Below, one piece after another: positions 12,911 through 24,440 of a stretch of 64,000 bases of DNA. The DNA is from Podarcis vaucheri. Taxonomy: Eukaryota. The position numbers were made by a program, and so were the translations under genes. Every line of letters starts with the position of its first letter. Within the stretch, counting starts at the first letter, position 1. The notes below the pieces were generated by a model. The model did no database searches, was not told the origin of the DNA, and saw only the letters and a list, made by a program, of their open reading frames with translations. The stretch lies in the NCBI GenBank assembly GCA_965113315.1, contig OZ220371.1; one strand, given 5' to 3'.

Positions 12911-15900
12911 AGTCAATAACCTGTGTGTCAGCTCTTACATTCTTTCCCACTGTTCTTTCTCTAAAAGTCTTGTAGCTTGAAGGTCATCTCACAAATATGT
13001 TATTTTATGGCTATTATCAATAAGAATCTCAAATGCTCTGAGTATATGTAGCACTATTTTAGCCTGTTCTGAAGAGTTTTCATTGTTTTCAAGGAGGTTT
13101 TCTGAATACTGCCTTCCCTCTTTAAGATAGCCCTTATATATTAAAGAGGAATTAAATACTGTGGGAAGAAATAAAATAATGTCAATGGCATAATTTTCTC
13201 TTCTCTTCTGGTTTAAGTTCAGAAAAAAGTTCATATGATAATGCTATTTTGATTAAAATAGAATGCTCATATTAATGAGATTGATCCCAGTACAAGTTTT
13301 TAATACTTGAATTTCCATTGTATTATTTAAGCCTAAATAATGCCTTTAGCATGTTTGGAGGATTATAATAGATAAGTAGAGGCTCTAATACAGTCGTCAT
13401 TGCCCTTATATCTCTCCCCCGGGCATGTTTACACCCACTCTGTGTGGCTACACAGAAAAGAATGAAAGGAAATTCTCCCACCCGGCATTTATACCATGGC
13501 CCGCAAGCTAATGTTTACCATAATGTGCATGCCAAGGCCTGCAGAAGCACCAGATTTTGCCATTAACATAAAAATGCCACTGATGTTTGATCAACCCTTT
13601 CTTAAATTCTCTCGGCTGTTCTGACTAAATGCCAATAATCCAAATTCAAGGGAAGTCTCCCCATCCACCCATGTGTATTCCCTACAGTATGAAATAGGTG
13701 AAAAAAGAGCCCCAAGGCCAACCAGGGGCTCCCACAGAAAAAGCAGGGCAACTAACAAAGCACACACTCTAAAGGGAGGCTGAGTGCCTCAAGGAGAAGA
13801 GGGAAGATGATGGGGCAGAACCAGCTTACATAGCTTGGTCTTCACCTCTTTCCTATTGTGCTTGAGAGCCCAAATGCCTACTCACATTCATCACCTGGGA
13901 GAAGCCACCCGAGGCTTCTTTAGAGGGGAGTAGAGCTATGGCCTTCCCTAAGGGTGGGTGTGAGTGGCATTAGCAAACTATGGATTTGCTTTTAGGAGGC
14001 ATGGAAATCTAGCTGAGGAGGCCTCATTGTTCTTGCCTTTTAAAAGATGGATATTGTGGAACAGTTTTCCTCATACTGCATCACTGACTTAAGCTAGTCT
14101 GCCAAGAATGAACCATGGAGAAGCCCAGGGCTGCAGCATTTAGACAGAAATATATGTATATAAATGTTGCAAAGCCAACCATTTGCTGAGTAAATAGATG
14201 CTGCCTCTTGCATAGAAAGCTTCATAACGAAGAAAAATGCAAAATATTTCTTTAATTTTCAAGTATCTTGCTTTCAATTTGTTATAAACAATGTGAACAC
14301 TCTTAGAAAAATGTTCTCCAAGAGAGCATCCAAACTCTCTACTTGTTTAACCTCAGATGAATGAAGCCAATCAATAATGTGAACTGATGAAGTTCCCTTA
14401 TGCAAGCCCAGTATTATCTATTCTGATGTTTCTCTAGCCTTAAGACTGGGTTTTAGATACATGCTCCACTTCTAAACTGCCCCTACTTTCCAGGCCTATT
14501 TAAACTTTACAACCAGGTAAACATGCACAGGATAGGAGCCAGAGAGTCAAAGTTTTGACACTCTCCACTTCCACAGATGTATTTCAGTCCTATTGACAGA
14601 GTAGGTATCTGTGGCTTCAACTTAGTCCAGTGTAGTCCATTCTTCTTGGCATTCCCTAAGTGGTCATAGCGGAGAAGCTGATCACCGATGTAAATTTTCT
14701 TTTTGGCCCATGATTAGGCCATGGGTTTAATTTTGTTTAAATGCCTATGCCACACAGGCTTCTGCCTTTGATCCTACATTCACTGGCTACATATAGTAAT
14801 CATGGGAAGCTATTCAGCTAATTGTTTTAGAGTGAGGCTGAACATGGTGTAAGACAACAAAAGAATTAAGAACAATTGAAAGATCCAGCCTATGACCCTT
14901 GTCAAAGTAGCTGTCACTTTTGCTGGGCTGTCATAAAAGAGTAATCTAGTTTGGGGTAGCCTGAATGTTTATGCAACTCAATCAACAATTCTCATTAACA
15001 TCACTTCATAGGCTGGGTGTAGATGGGAAAGGTATTACTGCCCTGGGAGTACATCAAAGACTATTTGTTGCCCCATGCTAGCTCAAGACAGCTGTATGGG
15101 ATTGGGGGGGGGAGGGTTCAGTTCACTGATAAAATCAGTTGGTTATATAACACTGTTCTAAATAAAATTGTGGCCTTAGCTGAATCTATACCTTTTGTAT
15201 CTTTCGTCTAGGTTTGCAGCAAATGGTGCTGTGACATTTATCTTCACGCCAGAAACCAGGCCACAGACCTTTATTATTTTATGCCTGTCCTAGTCCCCCC
15301 CCCCCGCCACTTGTCAAACAGCAAAGCGCTGGCTCCGATTCATCTGTCCCCTACAGTGATCTGTTAATAACTGAATCAAAACACACGCTTGCCATTGGCT
15401 TACTACATTTGTGTGAAAGTAGCTGGTGACAGCATGCATGACGTCTGCCTAAAAAGACAGTTTGTTGGCAGCCTGACAGCTGTTGACTGCTTGGCTGTTT
15501 AAGGCCCTTTATACCCTGCAGTAATCCTATAGGAAGTTTGGAAACCAGCCAAGCCTCAAGTATAAAGAATGTGGCTGTCATGCCTGCTTGTGACTTCTTT
15601 TGTCAGCTCTTTCCCCCTCTCTCTTCAATTTGGGGAGGTTAATATCTCTTTTGAAAACAGGCTTCTTGAAAGTGAAAACCAAAGAAAGGATAAAGACACT
15701 TTTTTTTTGTTACTGCGCATCAACGCCAAACATGGTGGTTTGTTCTTATGATACAAATGCACAGAGGCACAGATTTTTCAGTTTATGTTTTTTCACATGT
15801 GGGCCCCTGGCTGCTGCCTAGCTGCATATCTGCCAAGTGATTAGTGAACAGGTGTCCTATGGAACAGTTTCTGGGGCAGCCTATGTGGCACCCCAACTTA

Positions 15901-15956
15901 AGATGGGTAACATGACCGCTATTACAGGTGTGTTGTTAGATAAATCTCTCCCTGTA

Positions 15957-17092
15957 CAGTGGTACCCCGCAAGACGAACGCCTCGCAAGACGGAAAACCC
16001 GCTAGACGAAAGGGTTTTCCGTTTTGGAGGCGCTTCGCAAAACGAATTTCCCTATGGGCTTGCTTCGCAAGACGAGCTTCGGGAAGTCCAGCGGGGGGCC
16101 AAGGGATTCCCTCCCAGCCGCCCGCATTTAAAAGCACTCTGGGCAAAGCAGCGAAGTGCGCTGCTTTCCCCGGGGTGCTTTTAAATGCGGGCGGCTGGGA
16201 GGGAATCCCTTGGCCCCCCGCTGGACTTCAAAAGAGCTTCGGGAAGTCCAGCGGGGGGCCAAGGGATTCCCTCCCAGCCGCCCGCCTTTAGAAGCGCTCG
16301 GGGGAACACCTGCCCCCGCCGCCCCACTTCGGAAAGCTGTTCCGAAGTGGGGAGGGGGGGCGGGAACACCTGGCCCCGCCGCCCCACTTCGGAAAGCTCT
16401 TTCGAAGTGGGGCGGGGGGCGGGGACACCTGGCCCCGCCGCCCCACTTCGGAAAGCTCTTCCGAAGTGGGGAGGGGGGGGCGGGGACACCTGGCCCCGCC
16501 GCCCCACTTCGGAAAGCTCTTCCGAAGTGGGGAGGGGGGGCGGGGACACCTGGCCCCGCCGTCCCACTTCGGAAAGCTGTTCCGAAGTGGGGCGGGGGGG
16601 CGGGGACACCCGGCCCCGCCGCCCCACTTCGGAAAGCTGTTCCGAAGTGGGGAGGGGGGGCGGGAACACCTGGCCCCGCGGGAACACCTTCTGAAGGCGG
16701 GCAGGGGGCGAAAGTCTTTGTCCCCCCTGCCTGCCTTCCCAGGGGCTTTTAAATCGCCCCGGACAGCGGAGAAGTCCTCCGCTGTCCGGAGCGATTTTAA
16801 AATGCCGCCTGCCAGCATTTTAAGATAGCCCCGCACAGCGGAGAAGTCCTCCGCTGTCCCAGGGTTTTTTAAAATGCTGGGGGTGGGAAGAAAAGCCCTT
16901 GTCCCCCCCCCAGCCTTCAGAAGAGGTCCGGGGACAGACTGTCCCCGGACCTGGCCTGAAGGTGGTTTCCCTAGGAACGCATTAATTGATTTTCAATGCA
17001 TTCCTATGGGAAACTGTGCATCGCAAGACGAAAAAACCGCAAGACGAAGAGAATTGCGGAACGAATTAATTTCGTCTTGCGAGGCACCACTG
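15957..17092. mobile_element. Tc1/mariner (Tigger/pogo-like) non-autonomous element carrying an internal minisatellite
   Basis: TIRs CAGTGGTACCCCGCAAGACGAA / TTCGTCTTGCGAGGCACCACTG; TA duplication at 15955-15956 and 17093-17094. Confidence 0.9.
16302..16690. repeat. GC-rich ~60-bp palindromic minisatellite, about 6 units
   Basis: Unit core CCCCACTTCGGAA-AGCTS-TTCCGAAGTGGGG followed by G-runs, repeated at ~60-bp period. Confidence 0.93.
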
Positions 17093-17489
17093 TATTCCCA
17101 CAGCAGAGGTCTTCAATTAACTGTTTGTGGTGGCTTTTATATTTAACAGCAGCAAGGTAATTGGATGAAGAGGAACTTGTGACCACTTAACCTTTGCCCA
17201 GAGGATCTAAGTAAGAATCAGGCAGTTGTAGAACAAAACTAGAACTTTAGTTTATTACACTCAATGAGGTTATAGCTTGCTGGTTTCTGTTTAAGGGCAC
17301 AATACTTTGTTTCAAACAAATACTCTTTACAGAGATATATACAATCTTTCTTAACTTCATGCACAGCTCCCATTTTTTACACTAAAACTGCTGCTGTTTT
17401 TTGTTTGTTTTAATCCTAGAATCCTAGGTGTGCAATTTAGTAATCTGTAGCACCTGGGAGGGGCTTATTCAGCCTGTAATCTCCATATT

Positions 17490-17947
17490 TGTATAGTTAA
17501 AGCCATGGTTTTTCCAGTAGTGATGTATGGAAGTGAGAGCTGGACCATCAAGAAGGCTGATCACCGAAGAATTGATGCTTTTGAATTATGGTGCTGGAGG
17601 AGACTCTTGAGAGTCCCATGGACCGCAAGAAGATCAAACGCATCCATTCTTAAGGAAATTAGCCCTGAGTGCTCACTGGAAGGACAGATCCTGAAGCTGA
17701 GGCTCCAATACTTTGGCCACCTCATGAGAAGAGAAGACTCCCTGGAAAAGACCCTGATGTTGGGAAAGATGGAGGGCACAAGGAGAAGGGGACGACAGAG
17801 GACGAGATGGTTGGAGAGTGTTCTTGAAGCTACAAACATGAGTCTGACCAAACTGCGGGAGGCAGTGGAAGACAGGAGTGCCTGGCGTGTTCTGGTCCAT
17901 GGGGTCACGAAGAGTCGGACACGACTAAATGACTAAACAACAATAAC
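17490..17947 (+). mobile_element. RTE-BovB LINE 3' fragment
   Basis: Peptide MVFPVVMYGSESWTIKKADHRRIDAFELWCWRRLLRVPWTARRSN...GVTKSRTRLND; (CAA)n tail; 12-bp TSD AATCTCCATATT. Confidence 0.95.
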
Positions 17948-17989
17948 AATCTCCATATTGGAACTCAGTCTACAAGCTAACCCTAGGGG

Positions 17990-18246
17990 CTACAGGAACC
18001 CAGGCAGAGGGCCTTCTCTGTAGTGGTGCCCGGCCTGTGGAATGCCCTCCCATCAGATGTCAAGGAGATAAACAACTATCTGATGTTTAGAAGACATCTG
18101 AAGGCAGCCCTGTTTAGGGAATTTTTAATGACTGATGTTTTAATGTACTTTTAAACTTCTGTTGGAAGCTGCACAGAGTGGCTGGGGAAACCCAGCCAGA
18201 TGGGCGGGGTATAAATAGAATATTATTATTATCTATTATTATTATA
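17990..18246 (+). mobile_element. L2 LINE 3' end (same family as 8993-9727)
   Basis: Matches the reverse complement of 9050-9270; ends in (ATT)n. Confidence 0.88.
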
Positions 18247-19178
18247 TCTGTATGTGAGAATTAGGTAACCTAATTCTGACACTTGGGTCTCACACCATCA
18301 TCACATCTAGCTTGGTCTCAGCCTAAAGCTTATTAGCAATTCCAATGTTCATTATAAGTCATAATAATGACACTTGCCTTTTTTATTTTCTCTTTTTACA
18401 ATATTTATTATCAAAAATATTTTCTAACACATGCAGTATTCCTTTTCATTGTCTTATTCGGTGTGTTAGAAACTGATTATTTAATAGATGTTTTACTCTA
18501 TTATGTAAAACAAATCTGTGGGCATCCCAATAACAGCCTTTCCTTCATTGCAGCCTATTGAAGGAAACGATTTGAAATCGCCCTGTAGAAATGAAAGCTT
18601 ATAACACTTGAAGTAATATGAATCTAAGCTTTTCTTTATTGTTGTAATTAATGTGGTATCAGTGGGCAACACCTTTTCTTTTGTAACAGACAGGGCTGCT
18701 CATTATATCTGGGGATTAAAAACTGTATTTAGCTTAATCTAGCTCTTCTTTCATGTGATAGCTTTGGGCCAAGTGGAGTGAGTAGGATCATTAATTTTAC
18801 TATAGAATCCTAGCTTCATTTCAATATGCTTAATTGAACAAGAACTATAATATCCCTTTCACAATCTAATTCTATTCTATTCTGTTCTATTCTATTCTAT
18901 TCACCCAGCAGAGAATATCCACAGAGGACAGGGCACTTAAACCATATTTACACCTGAACAAAATTATTTTTACACTATATTGTATTTTGAGATGCCTTGA
19001 ACCAGGAAGATGTTCTGTACTTTGAAACTGGCTTTTCAGTGCTGTTCTGTTTTCTTGATCCAGAGCCGTGAGTTCAATTGGGTGCTGTGTTTCCCCAAGA
19101 CTGGATTCAGCAACTGACTCTGCATGCACACTTACCTTTTCGGATTGGAACTGTGTGTGCTGTGTCAAATGCCTAGTA

Positions 19179-19409
19179 CAGTGGTACCTCTGGTTAAGAA
19201 CTTAATTCATTCTGGAGTTCCATTCTTAGCCTGAAACTGTTCTTAACTTGAGGTACCACTTTAGCTAATGGGACCTCCCGCTGCCGCCTTGCGATTTCTG
19301 TTCTCATCCTGAAGCAAAGTTCTTAACCCAAGGTACTATTTCTGGGTTAGCAGAGTCTGTAATTTGAAGCATCTGTAACCTGAAGTGTCTGTAACCTCAG
19401 GTACAACTG
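19179..19409. mobile_element. Tc1/mariner MITE
   Basis: TA|CAGTGGTACCTC...CAGGTACAACTG|TA. Confidence 0.8.
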
Positions 19410-19884
19410 TATTAGAATCTTTGATGGCGCTGATCAAAGATGGAGTTGTTATGAATAATTGCATCTCTGACTCACCTATCCAGGACATGAGCAACACCAG
19501 CAGTCTGGTCTTTGGGTAGGCGCAGGCAGATTTAGGGGTGCTCCCCACTGCTAAGGACCCTTGTTTCCTTTTCTCCCTCCCATCTTTTTAGTAAGGAAAA
19601 TTACTACCCTTTCTGCATGGGTATTTGCAGTTGTATGACTCAGAAAGAGTGATGTTGTCTAAAATACCCTTTGAAGTATTCTAAGACATAAGAACATATG
19701 AAGACAATACATCAAGCACATACCTGAGATCTGAGGAGAGAAGTGAGGAGCAAAATAGACAAAGGCTCAGTAGTGCTCCTGGAGCCAACGATCAATATAA
19801 ACCTTAATATGTTGTCTTGTAAGTCTCAGACATCAATTGCTGGGAATTCTACATATACAGGGAACTCCCCTATATATCTTAAAA

Positions 19885-20375
19885 AGCATCTTAAAAAGCA
19901 GAGACCTCACCTTGCCAACAAAGGTCTGTATAGTTAAAGCTATGGTTTTCCCAGTTGTGATGTATGGAAGTGAGAGCTGGAAAAGAAGGCTGATTGCCAA
20001 AGAATTGATGCTTTTGAATTATGGTGCTGGAGGAGACTCTTGAGAGTCCCATGGACTGCAAGAAGATCAAACCTCTCCATTCTTAAGGAAATCAGCCCTG
20101 AGTGCTCACTGGAAGGACAGATCGTGAAGCTGAGGCTCCAATACTTTGGCCACCTCATGAGAAGAGAAAACTCCCTCGAAAAGACCCTGATGTTGGGAAA
20201 GATGGAGGGCACAAGGATAAGGGGACGACAGAGGATGAGATGGTTGGACAGTGTTCTCAAAGCTACCAGCATGAGTTTGACCAAACTGCGGGAGGCAGTG
20301 GAAGACAGGAGTGCCTGGCGTGCTTTGGTCCATGGGGTCATGAAGAGTCGGTCACGGCTAAATGACTAAACAACA
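19885..20375 (+). mobile_element. RTE-BovB LINE 3' fragment (frameshifted)
   Basis: Same BovB C-terminal peptide as 17490-17947; TSD ACAGGGAACT at 19857-19866 and 20376-20385. Confidence 0.93.
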
Positions 20376-22276
20376 ACAGGGAACTGCCCATTTTGGCAGG
20401 GGTTGTGTTCTGAGTCAAAGCATGCACTGGTGGAGTGTGCATAAGCCCCCCCAACTTAATTCCTTCATCTTCCAGGCCCAAAATGACCCGTGCGTTGGCA
20501 ATCACACATCAATTGGACATGCCAAAAATGGTTGCCACCTGTATTAAAATACCCTTGGTCATCTAACTTTGACAACACCAACCACGTAATCTGGGCAGGA
20601 ACAAAATGTTTGTTTAAACTCTGAATATGATTGGAGCCTGAAGATACTACTAGAAATTTAACATTCTTAAATATTGCACATTTAGTTTGACTATGTGAAA
20701 CCATCACATCTTGTCCTTCCTGCGTGGGACCAGGGATCTTGATTGTGCCCACAATTTAAATTGTACATGCAACTTGGCACAATTTGTATTTACTTTCTCC
20801 CACATGACTTCTATGAGAGGAAAGCAAAAAGACTTAGAGTTCAGACCTATGTCACCCTTCATTTTTGATGGATCTTGCAATTTGTGAAGCCATCCTTGGT
20901 CTTAGCTTTGAGGTAACGTATGACACCTGAACAGAACTAAATGGCTTTCATACTGGCTTCTCACACAAGGTACCTGCTACTACCTTATCCCATTTTTATA
21001 TCCAGATAGATTACTTGGTTAAAATAAATAGAAATCTAACATGGAAGTTACATGTGCCCTTTTCTTGTTTAGCACAGAGGTCATTCCAATTTACCTGCCA
21101 ACACTCTGCTAACAGCCACATAGCACAGCTGGTTGAGGATTATGGGGAGTCTAGGCATTTACCCAGGAGAAAATGCAGGGATATTCCTAAACAGAAAAAA
21201 AATCTGAAAAACCGGACATCAATTTGGGCCAATGAGAAAATAAAAGAAAAACAAAATGCATTGTCTAACAAAATTGCCCTGGTTTGGGTCCTGAAGGCAT
21301 TAAAAGAAATAGCAAGACACTCAGGTAAAATGGATGCTTTAAAACTCTAATGTAAGGCTTATAGACATTGTGGCTTTTCCTCTGCGATCACTAAGGCAGG
21401 ATGGTGGTGATGATGATAATTCCTTCACTGTCATAAAAATGGAAATGAAGTGAATGTATAACTAAGCATGATTAAGCTAACATGGTAAGCAGAACTATCC
21501 TGACATGAAAAAGGGATCTTTTCTCTTACAGTCTTTTGGCTCTATAGGCACAAATAATACAGAGCATTTATTTCATGTTGTGTTTTTGTACGATATTGTG
21601 CTGCAATAGTGTAAATTATTTCATTTGATCTCATTCAAATGAAAACACTACTGCTTGGTTGCTTCTAGAGGCAAGGCATTTGGCGCATGTGATACCAATT
21701 CTATATTACTGACGGGTTACCAGGGCATTCCAGACCCAATTCAAAGTGCTGATTTGACCCATTAAGATGCCAGACTGTTTGTGATATGAATCTCCCCAGG
21801 CACTGAGATCTGCCGCAGACACCATGCTTATGTGGCTGCCTGTGAAGTCAGTTTGGTTAGTGGAAACTAGGAGTTGTTAGGAAACCGCATATACCTTTCA
21901 CAGAGGTACAGTTCCCAGAGTTCTTTTGGAAGAGGGACTGATTGTTAAACCACTTTGGTAATTGTAAGGAGATAGGTTTTTCCAACACCCTTAACAAAGT
22001 ACAGTTCCCAGGCTATACAGTGATATAACAGCGCATTCAATGTATGGTTCAGATGTGGCCATTGTAAATAAGCAGAATGAAGCATTGTGCGGACTGACCA
22101 TGGTGCTAGGGTTGGGACTATTCTTGCAAACCAGTGGGAAGAACAGGAAGTGTATAAGAACAGTAACACTGATGATGGTTGATGAGGTCAGTGGGGCTAG
22201 GCATGTTGTAGAGGCTCCTGGGTATGCCTGAAGCCACTCCATCTCCCTTTTCTTTTTTGTAGCACACATAATCTAG

Positions 22277-22396
22277 GGCAGGGATCACCAACATTGTGCT
22301 CTCCAAATGTTTTGGCCCCAGTTCGCCAGGCAGTGGTCCGGGATGATGGTAATTGTAATCCAAAACATATGGAGGGCACCAAGCTGGCTACTCCTG
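22277..22396. mobile_element. hAT-type MITE relic
   Basis: CAGGGATCACCAAC...GCTGGCTACTCCTG imperfect TIRs; internal inverted CTCCAAATGTTTTGG / CCAAAACATATGGAG; similar relic near 39495-39590. Confidence 0.5.
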
Positions 22397-23093
22397 ATGC
22401 AGAATCAAATTGATTGATAATGATGCTACATTTCTTTTTTCTGACAAAATTTTCCATACCATTAATGGACTCACTTGTACAGGCAGATCTTCTAATAATC
22501 CCATGGAACAATTTGTTCCAGTATGGTTGGAGACAGGCATGGAGGTATGCGATTCATTTCGGTTTCATTATGGCTAAGGAGATATGTAACCGTTGTTCCA
22601 CGTTCACTGTACTTACAATTTACCCCATGGTGCCTTGAACACCACAGATAGGACAGGAGGAGATTTGGCACTGTAACAGAAGGAATGAGAACTAAGTGAA
22701 AGAGAGAATTATGTCTGAAGAAGGATGGGAGTTTGTGCTGTAGATAAAAAGTGCTTCTTGATCCTTTACATGCTTGGATTCAATCATTATCAGAACTCTT
22801 TCCTCTTGTTCACAGAACTGAAAATGTTAACCTGCTTTAGGAGCAGCTGAGAGGTTTTTAGCAGGTGACCCATGGAATGCGTATCGAATGCTAGTGCAAT
22901 AGAAGAAGCTGTTGGAAGAACTCCAGGCAATTCTTCATGATTTGAGAGCAATTCAATAATCATATATGAGAAAGGAGAGATTTTTGTTTTTATCTTGAAA
23001 ATGAAAGGGGGAGAATTTATTGCTTTAGCTATGGTGGGTTTTGACAGAGGAAACCCACATTTAACCATGAAAAACTATTAGGTGTCTTTGGAC

Positions 23094-24292
23094 AAAGCGT
23101 GTTCTCCTTCATGGAGAGCACATGTTGCGGTGCGGTCTAACAAGACACCTCATTGTTGCTGGGCGGGGAAAAGTAGTTGGCCACCTTTGCGATTGGGTTC
23201 CTCTTGTCGTTGGGGAAAATTTGATGTTGCCATTTTCTGATTGACAGCCAAGAAGGCTTTATTCCCTGCATGCAGCATCGAGCTTCCTCTTTTCGCTGTG
23301 CGCATCGGATCACCCTCCCACCCTCCCTATATTTAGGGTTGTTTGCATTGACCTTGCTGTGCCTGTCATGGGGTCATCTACTTTTGGAGCAGAGGCCCGG
23401 TAGGAATTTTGTCCATTTGGCTGATTGGCTGGTGCCATTTGGTTTTGGCCTAAAGGTAAAGGTAAAGGTACCCCTGCCCGAACGGGCCAGTCTTGACAGA
23501 CTGTGGGGTTTGTGCGCCCATCTCACATTTATTGGCCGGGGGCCAGCGCTGTCCGGGGACACTTCCGGGTCACGTGGCCAGCGTGACATCGCTGCTCTGG
23601 CGAGCCAGAGCCGCACACGGAACGCCGTTTACCTTCCCGCTGGTAAGCGGTACCTATTTATCTACTTGCACCCGGGGGTGCTTTCGAACTGCTAGATGGG
23701 CAGGCGCTGGGACCGAACAGCGGGAGCGCACCCCGCCGCGGGGATTCGAACCGCCGACCTTTCGATCGGCAAGCCCTAGGCGCTGAGGCTTTAGCCCACA
23801 GCGCCACCCGCGTCCCTTGGTTTTGGCCTATTGCGTAGCAAATCATCACAACTTGTAAGGTTGCAGTTAGGCATTGGTTTTATGAATTGGTTGGTGGAGG
23901 GGGGGGCATGAATTGGCTGTGCCTGCCCCTCCAATGCTGCTGCTGCAAGAGCATTCCGTTAAAGAAATCCAGGTGCTCACCATGCTTTTGTCTGAACCCC
24001 TATCAAGGGGCTAGGGCCACGCAAGAGCCCCTGGGAGCATTTGGGGAGAGGTGAGGGCATGGTACCCAGCTCCATCTTTCCCCCCAAAATGTTTTCCCTT
24101 TCTGACTTTGCATGCATGCGAATGTCACTCTGTCCCTGTGCATGGTCAGATAGTTGCAACCAATGCCTAAGCAACCACTCACATTTTTTGAATTTTAATA
24201 AAGTTGTGGCCAAAATTATGCCAAAAACCTTAAACAAAAATTCTGTGTAAATTGTGTTTTATTGGGGTGACTTGGGGACCTCGACACGCAAA
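23094..24292 (+). mobile_element. Solo A-spacer-B unit of a diverged Ngaro subfamily, interrupted by a Sauria SINE
   Basis: Starts AAAGCGTGTTCTCC like repeat A; central part aligns to the 28941-29115 spacer; ends AATAAAGTTGTGGCC...GACACGCAAA like repeat B; no ORFs. Confidence 0.88.
23453..23816 (-). mobile_element. Sauria SINE, full length, inserted into the Ngaro solo unit
   Basis: Minus strand begins GGGACGCGGGTGGCGCTGTGG and ends (ACCTTT)n; 14-bp TSD TTGGTTTTGGCCTA at 23439-23452 and 23817-23830. Confidence 0.95.
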
Positions 24293-24364
24293 TCACCATA
24301 TTCAGGGAACATATTAAGAGGGGGTGTTGGAGATCCTCCCCAATGTTTGAGTGCTATTTGATGT

Positions 24365-24440
24365 GGATTTGGACCACCGACCTTCCGATCGGCAAGCCCA
24401 AGAGGCTCAGTGGTTTAGACCACAGTGCCACCCGTGTCCC
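24365..24440 (-). mobile_element. Sauria SINE 5' fragment
   Basis: Similar to 23745-23816 (CCGACCTTCCGATCGGCAAGCCC...GCCACCCGTGTCCC). Confidence 0.75.

Noticed and set aside
16302-16690. CRISPR-like array of palindromic repeats
   Set aside because: No unique spacers, no cas genes, vertebrate context; it is a minisatellite.
15837-16836. Several overlapping 110-200 aa ORFs with repeated GAGTPGPAAPLRK units
   Set aside because: Artefacts of a stop-poor GC-rich minisatellite inside a MITE; open in most frames.
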